A model generated the notes under the pieces. The model saw nothing but the letters and a program-made list of their open reading frames with translations. It did not search any database and was not told where the DNA came from. A program made the position numbers and the translations under genes. 64,000 bases of DNA from assembly GCA_964019335.1 (NCBI GenBank), contig OZ025650.1:935970-999969 (forward strand), given 5' to 3'. This DNA is from Diplonema japonicum (taxonomy: Eukaryota; Protista; Euglenozoa: Diplonemea). The stretch's first letter is position 1. Each line of letters begins with the position of its first letter. This document shows positions 22,940 to 33,391 of the stretch, one piece after another.

Positions 22940-24721
22940 ATGAAGAAGATCGTTGCCCTGCTAGCGGGTGTTGGGCTGCTGCAATGCCTCTACTACGTAA
23001 TATGGGTGCAGGAGGTCCTTCCCACGGGGAGTAATGGGGTTGTTGCAACTGCCGTACCCCAAAAACAGCTCCCAACACCTCTGCCCACGGAAGGCAATGT
23101 GGCCGATGATGGGAAACACATTAGAATCACACCGCGCTGTACGGCATTGGACCCTTACTCTTCAAAAGGTCCCTCGGGACCAGAGCCTACTCCTTGCTTT
23201 GTAGATAAGTCGCTCGCAATGACGCGTTCTTCATTCCGTGCCTTAGTCCGCGGCAACTCAATACGGAGGTGTAACACGGAAGAAAACCCGCAGTATAGCC
23301 TCAAGGGGCCCACAGAGGTTCTCCGTGCCCAAACTCTCCATTACCTTTCCACTGACCGTGTGAAAGCGGAATACCTTACTCGGCACATATGCTCATGGGA
23401 TGCAAAGGGAGAGTGGGCGGAAGGAAAGCAGCAACTGAATAGCTTGTTGAATACAGCACATAAATGCACGCTGCGTGACGAAGCTAACATACGGCAAGAA
23501 AAGGGATACGATAGTTACCCCTGGTTTGACAACATGACTCATGCTGTGCTGCAAGGGGAAAAAGGAAACCTCAAAGGGCTGGGGAAGACCATCTACTACA
23601 GAAACGACAAACCGAAGGGTACATGGGTGGGACTGAAGGATGTGTGTATGTCATGCGAGGCAAAGCGTGACCCGTGGATGGATCACCGCAAGGAGTGCTT
23701 CACCACACTGTGGAGTGTCGGTGAAGAAGCGAAAGAGCTGGCAGCAAAGCACAGGAAGGGCAGGCATAGTATTTACAAAGAACGCCAAGCAGCTTTCCAG
23801 TATGGTGGCACTGTTACGGATTTGGCAACACCCATCACGCTTTATAGGGGAACTATAGTGTACCTTGCTTCCTACTCGCAGGCAAACATTGGGCACGCCC
23901 TGCATGATGCCCTGTACGGGTTCGTTTCAGTGCTGTCGTCACTGCAGGGTGTAAGGAATGCTTTCCACGCACCCACCCCTGTGACTGTAGTTGTAGAAAA
24001 TGATTTCTTCAGAAACAGCATGCGGTACTACAGCGTTCTGGCCATGGTGCACCAGCTTGCCATCTTCAACGGGATGCCGCCGAACGTGTTCAGACACGCC
24101 AGCGTGGGGCTGTCGTGCTTCTCGTCAATCATCTTCACTGGCGGGGACAGGGAGTTACGGGGGTCCGGGGTGAATGGGGGCGGCATGCTTGACGTGGTGC
24201 GAAGCTTCAGGAAGTCTGTTTATGGACATCTGGGGCCATTTGGGGCGAGGGTGGGGCGTGTGAAGGTAGCTATGTACGGGCGGCTGGAGGTGTACAGAAG
24301 GGCTGTGTTGAACTTTGGTGATTTCGTAGAAAAAATGAGGGAAAAGGTGGATGTAGTCGTGGTGCCCAACATGAACTTGCACCCGCTGGAACAGGCCGAG
24401 CTGTTTAGTGACATCGACGTGCTGCTCACAATGCAAGGCGCGCATATGCAGAACTCCATCTTCATGCCACCCTGTGCCGCTGTGATTGAGATAAGTCCTT
24501 GTCTGGCACGGCGGACTTCATTCCTCAAGAGGTACGGTGCCATGCTCCCGTACCACAACCACGTCCAGATGGAGGTCTGTTTCCCATCTCTCAACATAGG
24601 TGGTGACAAGTACGGGCAGAACCTCACGTTATGCGAACACCACATGCAAACACTCCTGCAGTACACACTCAAAGAGATAGAGCGCATACAGAAATGCCGT
24701 AAGCAACACGAAGGGAACTAA
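22940..24721 (+). CDS. Glycosyltransferase family 61 (DUF563), type II membrane protein
   Basis: N-terminal TM anchor, 'NIGHALHD', 'RRAVLN' and 'EQAELFSDIDVLLTMQGAHMQNSIFMPPCAAVIEI'. Confidence 0.8.
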   Translation: MKKIVALLAGVGLLQCLYYVIWVQEVLPTGSNGVVATAVPQKQLPTPLPTEGNVADDGKHIRITPRCTALDPYSSKGPSGPEPTPCFVDKSLAMTRSSFRALVRGNSIRRCNTEENPQYSLKGPTEVLRAQTLHYLSTDRVKAEYLTRHICSWDAKGEWAEGKQQLNSLLNTAHKCTLRDEANIRQEKGYDSYPWFDNMTHAVLQGEKGNLKGLGKTIYYRNDKPKGTWVGLKDVCMSCEAKRDPWMDHRKECFTTLWSVGEEAKELAAKHRKGRHSIYKERQAAFQYGGTVTDLATPITLYRGTIVYLASYSQANIGHALHDALYGFVSVLSSLQGVRNAFHAPTPVTVVVENDFFRNSMRYYSVLAMVHQLAIFNGMPPNVFRHASVGLSCFSSIIFTGGDRELRGSGVNGGGMLDVVRSFRKSVYGHLGPFGARVGRVKVAMYGRLEVYRRAVLNFGDFVEKMREKVDVVVVPNMNLHPLEQAELFSDIDVLLTMQGAHMQNSIFMPPCAAVIEISPCLARRTSFLKRYGAMLPYHNHVQMEVCFPSLNIGGDKYGQNLTLCEHHMQTLLQYTLKEIERIQKCRKQHEGN

Positions 24722-24794
24722 ATTAACAGTTTTTCACGCGCAATCATTTTTGTTACTAGAATTCCACAAAGGTTAGAGAAAAAAAAAAAAAGAA

Positions 24795-25862
24795 ATGCCG
24801 GCACGACAGAAGAGAAAGGAGGAGCAGGCTGAGGTGCAGCAGAAGAAGAAGCAGAAGGAAGAAGAAGAAGTAGAGCAGCAGACAGGAGAGGAGGAGGAAG
24901 AAGGGGGTCCTATCCCTATCCAGTTCCTTGAGAACCAAGGGGGTCTGAAGGCGTCCGACATCAAGCTTCTTATGGACAACGCGTTTTTCACGGTTGAAAG
25001 CGTGGCGTACGCCCCGAGAAAGCGGCTGACGCAGATCAAGGGGCTATCTGACGCCAAGGTGGACAGAATTAAGGCAGAAGTGGACAAGATCATCCCTCTT
25101 GGGTTCTGCACCGCGACGGAGTACCATGAGGCGAGGAAGAACATCCTGTCCATCACGACAGGGAGCAGAGAGCTCGATAAGTTGCTCGGCGGTGGGTTCG
25201 AAACAGGGTCCATCACAGAAATCTTCGGGGAGTTCCGAACAGGGAAGACACAACTGTGTCATACTTTATGTGTGACATGCCAGCTACCAATTGAGAAGAG
25301 CGGTGGTGAGGGGCGAGCACTTTACATCGACACGGAAGGAACTTTCAGGCCGCAGAGATTGAGGGACATCGCGAAACGGTATGAATTGGACCCCGATGAT
25401 GTGCTGGACAACATTGCATATGGGAAGGCACACAACACCGACCACCAGAACCAGTTGCTCATCCAAGCTGCAGCGATGATGTCTGAGAACAGGTACGCGC
25501 TCATAGTAGTCGACTCGGCGACGGCGCTGTACAGAACGGACTACACAGGACGAGGTGAGCTTGCGGCTAGGCAGCAGCACCTTGGGCAGTTCCTCCGCGC
25601 CCTTACGAATCTCGCGGAAGAGTACGGCATTGCGGTTGTCATCACTAACCAGGTTGTCGCCACCCCCGACGCCATGCCTGGCACCTCTGCTCTCAAGCCC
25701 ATCGGTGGCAACATCATGGCCCACGCATCAACCACCCGTCTCTACCTTCGAAAAGGCGCGCGAGAGAATCGTCTCTGCAAGATCTTCGACTCGCCATCTC
25801 TCCCTGAAGGCGAGGCCCCCTTCGCGATCTTCGAAGATGGAATCGGGGACTCTCGGGACTAG
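24795..25862 (+). CDS. RAD51: DNA repair protein RAD51
   Basis: Walker A '[13 protein letters not shown]', '[10 protein letters not shown]', Walker B 'LIVVDS', '[15 protein letters not shown]', '[13 protein letters not shown]'. Confidence 0.97.
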   Translation: MPARQKRKEEQAEVQQKKKQKEEEEVEQQTGEEEEEGGPIPIQFLENQGGLKASDIKLLMDNAFFTVESVAYAPRKRLTQIKGLSDAKVDRIKAEVDKIIPLGFCTATEYHEARKNILSITTGSRELDKLLGGGFETGSITEIFGEFRTGKTQLCHTLCVTCQLPIEKSGGEGRALYIDTEGTFRPQRLRDIAKRYELDPDDVLDNIAYGKAHNTDHQNQLLIQAAAMMSENRYALIVVDSATALYRTDYTGRGELAARQQHLGQFLRALTNLAEEYGIAVVITNQVVATPDAMPGTSALKPIGGNIMAHASTTRLYLRKGARENRLCKIFDSPSLPEGEAPFAIFEDGIGDSRD

Positions 25863-26594
25863 AGAAGTGAGAGGAATCCATAATATTAACAGACACCTTC
25901 TATCCCCCTTCTTGTTTTATTTTTGTTCTTCTGCTAGTGGACCGAGAAATACAAAAGGGTTCCATTTCTTGTATTGTAGCCGTTTGGAGGGCCCTTGCTC
26001 TACCTCCCTTTCGTTTCTTTTTATGTTTATCCCATATTCTCCTTTGTTCTTTCGTTCTTAAAATCAGAACAGAGGTTAAGGGGTAAGGAGAGGGAAAAGG
26101 GGTGTCCAAAGATGTTTTTATCCCTCCTCTTATTTTAAGTTTTCCCAATTTCAGCTTTCTTAAAATATGAGGAGAGATAAAAGCTATCGTTGTGAACGGA
26201 ATTTAAAAAAAAAAGAGACTTTGAATCAAGCACCATGTTGGCGTGCAGCAACGAGTACAATAAACCACAACTAGAATGGAGAAATAAAATGGTAAAAAGA
26301 GGGGCCCTTCCTCTCTACCACCACCGATTTTTTTCTGTTTAGAGTCTCTCTCGTTTATTTTTTTTGAAGGAAAGGGCAAACGAAAGTTCAAGAAGTAAAT
26401 ACAAATGAAACAGTCTTCTCCCTAAAAGTTAGCTTCTCCCTTTCATCCTTCCCCCTCATTGCACCCGTACCCTGTCAACCCAGTCCCCCTTTTATCCACA
26501 CCCCCTTTTTCTTGCTAATTCAATATTTACAAGTGATGGTACTTACCACGCACAGCAGAAGGATCGAGAGAACTCAGCAATATGTGCCAGTAGG

Positions 26595-27083
26595 ATGACA
26601 GGCGAGCTAGACCCAAAGGTGCCCAAAGGATACCACGACGCAGTCAAGAGGCTTCGTGTCGGGACAGAGAAAAGAGAGCGCGAGGACACACCCCTGCGGG
26701 GTCGTGGAGGGGGGTATGCAGCACGACAGGGCACAGCGACCACAACCCCAACTCGGAGGTTAAGTGTCTCGCCAGGGGGGAGGTTAAGTGTTTCAACAGG
26801 GGGGAAATTCAAGCCCCGGGGTGCTGGGAAGCCGATCATGTACTTGGACCTCAACCTACCACAGGGGAAAAAAGGTAAAATAGGAATACACCCTGAGGAC
26901 GATCCTGCACGTCTCGCACGCAACTTTGCCAAGACCTACCAACTCACACCAGCCCTTGAAACCAAGGTACTGTCAGTCATCAAGTCACATCTTGAAGACA
27001 CAGTACCTCTCCTTATCCAGAAGCGTGACACAGCCTGCTGCCCGTTGTGCTGTTCATGTACTTGCCACTCAAAACATCGTTGA
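26595..27083 (+). CDS. Hypothetical protein
   Basis: 162-aa ORF with a compact domain 'YLDLNLPQGKKGKIGIHPEDDPARLARNFAKTYQL'. Exon structure uncertain. Confidence 0.55.
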   Translation: MTGELDPKVPKGYHDAVKRLRVGTEKREREDTPLRGRGGGYAARQGTATTTPTRRLSVSPGGRLSVSTGGKFKPRGAGKPIMYLDLNLPQGKKGKIGIHPEDDPARLARNFAKTYQLTPALETKVLSVIKSHLEDTVPLLIQKRDTACCPLCCSCTCHSKHR

Positions 27084-27140
27084 TTCACACCATGTATTCA
27101 GGTTGGACACATTGCTGAAGAGACCCATACAGATTACACA

Positions 27141-27629
27141 ATGGATAAAAGCAACCCCAAACCCACGAAGAACTCTGTCTCACCGACGAAGGTTGTCCTC
27201 CTCCTCCTCATATCTCTCATAGGCATGTGTGCTTCCTACATATATAGAACACAGCGTGGTGCGCGGTTGGGGCTGATCGTGTCGTGTGTTGTGCTGCCGC
27301 CGTTGATAGTAGTGGCTAGAGACGTGGTGCAAGCCTCTGGAGTTATGGTGTCTGCAGGGTTAACTGTGTGTGGGTGGGGTTTCATCAGCTGTGTAGTATT
27401 GATAGCAGTTGGAAGTTCTCGAGGCTGGGTGGCTATTAGCATCGCGGGCATAGCTGTCTGTGTGTGCTACGCCAGCTACAAAATAGTAGCTATTTTTAGA
27501 ACAAAGAAAGCCGATGTAGAACAAGCGCTATCCCATCCTCAAGCGCCGCCTCAGTTGTATCCTACTTACCCTCAGCCCATCCAGGGCCTGCCTCACCCCC
27601 CTCCTCACTTGCAGCCTTGTGTCGTTTAG
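27141..27629 (+). CDS. Small multi-pass membrane protein with Pro-rich tail
   Basis: About 4 hydrophobic segments and a P/Q/Y-rich C-terminus. Confidence 0.6.
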   Translation: MDKSNPKPTKNSVSPTKVVLLLLISLIGMCASYIYRTQRGARLGLIVSCVVLPPLIVVARDVVQASGVMVSAGLTVCGWGFISCVVLIAVGSSRGWVAISIAGIAVCVCYASYKIVAIFRTKKADVEQALSHPQAPPQLYPTYPQPIQGLPHPPPHLQPCVV

Positions 27630-28057
27630 CTGCCAGTTTCTATGAGCACATATCACAGTTTTTTTTTTTTTTTTTTTTTGTGTGAATCTGTGATGGTTGC
27701 TTTCTATTACCTTTGTAGATGCTAGCTCTTTCTTACCTCCCTTTCCCGAAACAGCAGCTTGGTGTTCCTCGTGACCGCCACTCATCACAGGAAGCAGGCA
27801 TATGCCGCCTTGCTGGCTTCAGTCCACCGAAGCACAGCTGGTTTTTTCCGCCACCTGCGTTCTGGGGGCTGCCAGCCTTGTTGTCATTTGGCGAACGCTA
27901 TTGCTTAACCATTCAAACGCTAGTTTGCGAACTGCGTTGAAAAAGCATGACAAGCGATGGGTGAACAGCAGCCTCTGGGAACCGCTGAACGGGTAGATGT
28001 ATGAGTATTCTTCTTTGCTATACACTGCATACTTTGAGCCACCACAGAGGTTTTAAA

Positions 28058-29217
28058 ATGACCTTAGAAGCGACGTACATATGTGTAGATAACAGTGAGA
28101 CCATGCGCAATGGCGACTACTCACCAACACGGCTGCAAGCGGTGAGCAATGCGTGCAACGTCCTTGCAGCACAAAAGACCCAGGTGAACCCTGAGAATGG
28201 TGTGGGCTTTCTCACCATGGGCAACGACCGCGTTAGGATAGTAGAGACCCTGACTCCCGATCTGAACCGCCTCCTGAGCTCTCTCACACACATCACGCCG
28301 GGTGGCTCTCTGGACCTCGTGAAGGGTCTTCAGGTTTGCCAGCTGGGCCTCAAGCACAGGATGAACAAGAACCAAAGGCAGCGTATTGTGGCCTTCGTGG
28401 GGAGCAAAGTGAACTCGACGGAGAAGGAACTGGTGACCCTTGCAAAAAAATTGAAGAAGCATTCAGTGAGCGTCGACATCGTGTGCTTTGGGTGTGAAGA
28501 AAATGTGAAGTTAATGCAGGCCTTTATCGACAACGTGAACAGCAAACAACAGGACAAGGACACGTCGCACTTGCTTGTGGTGAAAGAAGGGCAGAGCGTT
28601 GCGGACTGTCTGCTGTCGTCGCCTATCCTGAACCCTGATGGCACTGGCGGCGGCGGCGGCGGCGGCAGTGATGCTATGTTTGGGGTTGACCCGAACCTGG
28701 ACCCTGAGCTGGCGATGGTGCTGAGAATGTCAATGGAGGAAGAAAGAGCGAGACAAGAAAAGGCGAAGGCGGAGTCGGAGTCCAAGGGTGGTGACGCTGA
28801 CATGCCACAGGCGGAGACGCAGGCGGCTGCTGCTGCTCCCGCTGTCATGAACGAAGACGATGACCTGGCTCGTGCCATCGCACTAAGCATGCAAGAGACG
28901 CAACCCGCGACAGACGAGCCTGTGAAGGAAACGCAGCCCGCGTCCATGGAAGTGGATGGGTATGCCACCGTCGACACACACACACACACACACACGCACA
29001 CACACACAGGGAAGAAGAGCTTACTGAAGAACAACAGATGGAGCTGGCACTGAAAATGTCTATGCAAGAAACAGCAGACCCTGAGGTATGCCAAAAGTAC
29101 AAACCAACCTCATCACAGCTCGACGCGCTCATGGGAGACGAAGACCTCGCTGCGGAGGTGGCAGCGCAGCTTGGTGTTGATGCTTCGAAAGAGAAAGACA
29201 AAGCAAATGACAAATAA
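28058..29217 (+). CDS. RPN10: 26S proteasome subunit RPN10/PSMD4
   Basis: vWA 'MTLEATYICVDNSETMRNGDY' and UIMs 'DPELAMVLRMSMEEE' and 'DLARAIALSMQ'. Introns 28960-29009 and 29086-29118 restore a third UIM 'EEQQMELALKMSMQ'. Confidence 0.95.
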
Positions 29218-29655
29218 AAATTGGTTAAAACAATGAACAAGGCCAAGTAATTTTTTTTCTATATTTGGTGCCTTGTTTGTTGTTTTTCTCAGTTTTTTTT
29301 TAGAGTTTTGGTTGGGTTTTGAAGGAGAGAAGGGGGTTGTTCCTTTATTATTTTTATTTATTATTGTCCAGGAAAAAAAAAGAAAAAAAAAGAGGAAAGC
29401 CTACCTATTTAGAGAAAGGGGGGCGACAGGTGTGCTTAGAAAGAGGGAAAAAAGTGTGTTTCGTTAACCCAAAGGAGAGTAAGGTTCGCCCCCCTTCCAC
29501 TAATACCCATACCCCGATTCCCTCGTTCCCCCATAACAATAGGCTAACCTAGCAGAGATAGGTTCTTTTAGCATCCTACTTACCTTTTATTTTCTGTCTT
29601 GGTGTATTATTCAACTCTCTTGTTCGCTACAACCTATCTACCGCAGCACTTAGCT

Positions 29656-31434
29656 ATGTCGGAAACGGTTAGCGAAGAGAAGAAAGATTTGGAGAAGACA
29701 ATAAACGAAGCAGCCGCGAGCATACCCACAAAGGGGAATGACCATTTGCTGAAGTGTGACACTTTTGACTACTATGCCACCGAGGGCACGCTGCGAAAGG
29801 AAATTATAAAGAAAATCGGACAGAATTTAGGCGATGTTAAGTTCACTCCCAGCGCAGAGCCAACCAGACTCGAGAAGGTAATTCCAGGCCTTGTCAGAAT
29901 CGGGAAGAACCCCTCCAGCTCTGTTGCTTACTTCTCGTTCGCCTCGGAAGAAGCAAAACTGAAGGGCATGGAATTCCTGAAATACTTAAAAGGCAAACGA
30001 AGCACACCGTGGGCCGTGCACGAGGCATCGAAGTCAGACGTCGACTACTTCAAGACGAAGAACAAAGAGCAGATTAAGCGGGCCATCAACGAACAAGGCG
30101 GAGAAGGGAAGAAGCCCAAGTACTCTTCCATCCACGACTTTACAGAACCGCTGTACAAGATGCCGTATGAGGAGCAGTTGAAGCAGAAGGAGAAGAACAT
30201 CATGGGGCACCTCCGCAAAATGAAAGGCAACATCATGTGGTCATACAAAAACGACACCCTTCCTGGCTGGGTTGCGCAGACGAAGGAAGCTTGTCCGTTG
30301 GAGTGTGTCATCCCCAGTCCTGTGGTCGAGGGCTACCGCAACAAAGTGGAGTTCAGCATTGGCTACGACAAAGACCAGAAGCCCGCGGTAGGGTTCTTGT
30401 TTGGAAAGACGCACGAGGCACGCGGGTGGATTGAGGGGCCGTACGATATGAGGATCGTGTCGGGACACGCGAAGAGTGTCGCGAAAAAGTTCTCCGAGTA
30501 CATGGGCGAGTCAGGCTACAAGCCGTATGATAAGTTCACCCACACTGGGGTGTGGCGCACTCTGCTCATCAGGGAGGGCGTGTCAAGAGAAGACGGTGGT
30601 GCAGTGCTCCTTGTCGATGTGCAGGTTAACTTTGAGGATGAGAACGAGAAGCTTAAGGACATCATGAAAGGACTCTCGAAGACCTTCTTGGAATGGTCCC
30701 AAATCAAGCCCAGTGAATCGACGCCTGAGGCACCTCATATTGGGAGCCTATCAGTGTCATACCACACGTGTATCAACAACATGTGCCCCGAGGATGCGCC
30801 TTGCAAAATCTTACTAGGGTCAGACTTCATCGAGGACTGTGCGAACGGGTTCCGCTTCAAGGTAAGTGCGCGCTCATTCTTCCAAGTGAACAGTAAGGGG
30901 AATGAAGTGCTGCTCAACACTATCGCAAAGTACGCAGAACTGAACAAAGACACGGTGCTGCTTGACCTGTGCTGCGGGACAGGCACCATCGGGATATCTC
31001 TTGCTAACTCAGTGCAGAAGGTGATCGGCATCGACATTGCGAAGTCGTCCATCGAAGATGCGAAGTTGAACGCCTTGGCCAACGGCGTTAGCAACGTTGA
31101 GTACTACTGCGGGAAATGCGAGGATCTTGTGGAGGACATTCTCAGCAGGTACAAGTCAAATGCCAATGTAGTGGCCGTAGTCGACCCACCCAGAGGGGGA
31201 CTGCACAAAAAGGTCCTGTCTTTCCTGAGATGCAGCAACCTCCAGCGCTTCGTGTATGTCAGCTGCAACCAAAACTCTCTTGTGGAGAACACTACACTGC
31301 TATGCAAACCGCCTTCCTTGAAGCTGCAGAGCCAGCCTTTTGCGCCAGTGAAGTCGATCGGTGTAGATCTGTTCCCTCACTGTGACCAGCAGGAACTTGT
31401 GGTGCTCTTCGAAAGACAGAGTAAGCAGGCATGA
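29656..31434 (+). CDS. TRM2: tRNA (uracil-5)-methyltransferase TRM2A/TRMT2A
   Basis: 'GYRNKVEF', 'SFFQVN', SAM motif 'LLDLCCGTGTIG', 'VDPPRGGL', catalytic 'YVSCN', 'VDLFPH'. Confidence 0.92.
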   Translation: MSETVSEEKKDLEKTINEAAASIPTKGNDHLLKCDTFDYYATEGTLRKEIIKKIGQNLGDVKFTPSAEPTRLEKVIPGLVRIGKNPSSSVAYFSFASEEAKLKGMEFLKYLKGKRSTPWAVHEASKSDVDYFKTKNKEQIKRAINEQGGEGKKPKYSSIHDFTEPLYKMPYEEQLKQKEKNIMGHLRKMKGNIMWSYKNDTLPGWVAQTKEACPLECVIPSPVVEGYRNKVEFSIGYDKDQKPAVGFLFGKTHEARGWIEGPYDMRIVSGHAKSVAKKFSEYMGESGYKPYDKFTHTGVWRTLLIREGVSREDGGAVLLVDVQVNFEDENEKLKDIMKGLSKTFLEWSQIKPSESTPEAPHIGSLSVSYHTCINNMCPEDAPCKILLGSDFIEDCANGFRFKVSARSFFQVNSKGNEVLLNTIAKYAELNKDTVLLDLCCGTGTIGISLANSVQKVIGIDIAKSSIEDAKLNALANGVSNVEYYCGKCEDLVEDILSRYKSNANVVAVVDPPRGGLHKKVLSFLRCSNLQRFVYVSCNQNSLVENTTLLCKPPSLKLQSQPFAPVKSIGVDLFPHCDQQELVVLFERQSKQA

Positions 31435-31570
31435 GTTATATGTACTTTTACTTTCCTTTTTCTTTACTGTTCTCTTAAGCGTCACAATTTGTTATCATGG
31501 TGTTCTTGTTGATGCTCCCTGCATTGTTTAAAACACAATTGACAGAATTTGCGAAAAAAAAAGGGGTAAA

Positions 31571-32028
31571 ATGTTTAAGGGAGCACCCCCGAAGGGGTAT
31601 AGTACCCCGCGTGACCCCCCGAAGATGGCAGCAGGAACGCAGATGTGTCAAAAGTGCCGCCAGCTGGGGCACTGGACGTATGAGTGTCAGAATGGTGAGG
31701 TGTATTTGTCGAGGCCGAGCAGGACCCAGGTATTGGAGAATCCGTCACTGAAGAAGGTGTCGGTGATGGAGACGACAGTGCCGGTGGGGGAGGAAAAGTC
31801 TGCAGGACTGAGGAAGCTTCACGCGAAGTTGGCGTCCCTGAAGTCAAAAAACAAGCGTAAGCGCGAAGATACTGACTCGGACTCGGACTCCGACTCCGAC
31901 TCCTCCAGCTCCAGCTCTAGTTCCTCTTCTTCTTCATCCTCCTCTTCATCCTCTTCGTCAAGCAGGTATGCATCACAAACGAATTAAACTTATCTAGAAA
32001 AAAGAAGAAGAAGAAGAGCAGGAAGTGA
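31571..32028 (+). CDS. ZCCHC10-like zinc-knuckle protein
   Basis: '[14 protein letters not shown]....YLSRPSRT' and a Ser/Asp-rich tail. Intron 31966-31997 gives a basic C-terminus [10 protein letters not shown]. Confidence 0.85.
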
Positions 32029-32153
32029 GGATCAATACCTGTCAAGTGGTAGGGTTTTAACCCTTTTAACAGTTGTTAAACAGTCAGTTTTCAGTACACT
32101 TTTCTCGATGCTTTTGTGGCTCGCTTTGTAGGGTTGAAAGGTCAACAGGCAAC

Positions 32154-33323
32154 ATGGACGTAGAAAGCCTGAAGGGTGTGTGGGGCCATGTAGCAGACGG
32201 CGGGGTCGATAGGTTTTTGGAGAACGAACTGCACATAACAGATGAGGTTGATGAAGAAGAGATACCAACGGTAGCATGGCTGGGGAAGCACTCGCAAGCT
32301 GACAGTCAGGGGGTGCATGGGGTAGTGGCGGAGGGGTTCACGCTGGTGAAGGACTGCATTGAACAGAAGAAGCGAGTGATCGATGTTGACACAACACAGG
32401 ATGGGACAGAGGGATGTCACGACACTATTGGTGAGGTGATACGGGAGTTCGAGGCTCTGCACGGCGTGGAGGTGCTGCATGCGACAGAGTGTGGCAGCAG
32501 GATGTTTGGGTGGGGGTCACAAGACTCTGATTTCGACATCAAGCTGGTCTACAAACATCCTGTGGAGAGATACATCAGCATCAAGCAACGCGATCAGCCC
32601 TCCCGGCTGTCATACGTGTGCTGGGCCAACCTCCACACAGCCTGCCCCATCGACATCACCATCATCGGCTGGGACGTCCACCACTTTCTCGAGCTCATCC
32701 AAGACTCGAACCCCACTGCACTGGACTGTTTGTACAGCCCTGTGGTGTGGAAGGGTACTCCCTCCCCCTTCGATGACCTAAAGAAAAGCGTCCCTGGCCA
32801 CCTCTCCATCATCAAGTACGTGCAGTCCCGCATGTCCATTGTGCACTCGACAACCCTGCGTCATCTGAGGAAACAAATTAATCCTAAACGCGCAAAAAAG
32901 TCAAAGACTAAGGACCACCCCCCTGAGCCCACACACATCAAGCCCAAGGAATACATCATCATGGTGCGCTGCATGGCAGAAGTGACATTGATGCTGGCTT
33001 CGTCTGCAGCCTTCCCGCTGCCAATGCCTTTCCAGGAGTTATGGTCTGCGTACCGTAGGGAGCATGCGGTGTCCGATGATGTGAACGCATGGGTGACTGC
33101 TTATCTGGAGAACAAAACAAAGCTGTCGAAGTATCACTCGAGCAACATGATGGCAGAGAGGTCTGCGCCCATTGAAGATTTTGTTTTCTCAAAGTATCAA
33201 GCCTTCTACGACAAACTAGGCGACAGCGAGGAAGGTGAGCCATCTCTCAGGCGCTCCCTGTACCGCCGTCCCTTGGCACATGCGTATCTCAACACTATGT
33301 TGAGGCGCATCGTTTTGCGCTAG
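32154..33323 (+). CDS. Pol-beta superfamily nucleotidyltransferase, YcgL/RlaP (Nuc-transf) type
   Basis: 'ECGSRMFGWGSQDSDFDIKLVY' (GS...DxD) and 'GWDVHHFLELIQDSNPTALDCLYSPVVW'. Confidence 0.8.
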   Translation: MDVESLKGVWGHVADGGVDRFLENELHITDEVDEEEIPTVAWLGKHSQADSQGVHGVVAEGFTLVKDCIEQKKRVIDVDTTQDGTEGCHDTIGEVIREFEALHGVEVLHATECGSRMFGWGSQDSDFDIKLVYKHPVERYISIKQRDQPSRLSYVCWANLHTACPIDITIIGWDVHHFLELIQDSNPTALDCLYSPVVWKGTPSPFDDLKKSVPGHLSIIKYVQSRMSIVHSTTLRHLRKQINPKRAKKSKTKDHPPEPTHIKPKEYIIMVRCMAEVTLMLASSAAFPLPMPFQELWSAYRREHAVSDDVNAWVTAYLENKTKLSKYHSSNMMAERSAPIEDFVFSKYQAFYDKLGDSEEGEPSLRRSLYRRPLAHAYLNTMLRRIVLR

Positions 33324-33391
33324 TCATTCTAACCACATGGCTGATTAATAGCATTCGCCGAGCATTCTGTACTTAGGTCACACAGGTTGGA

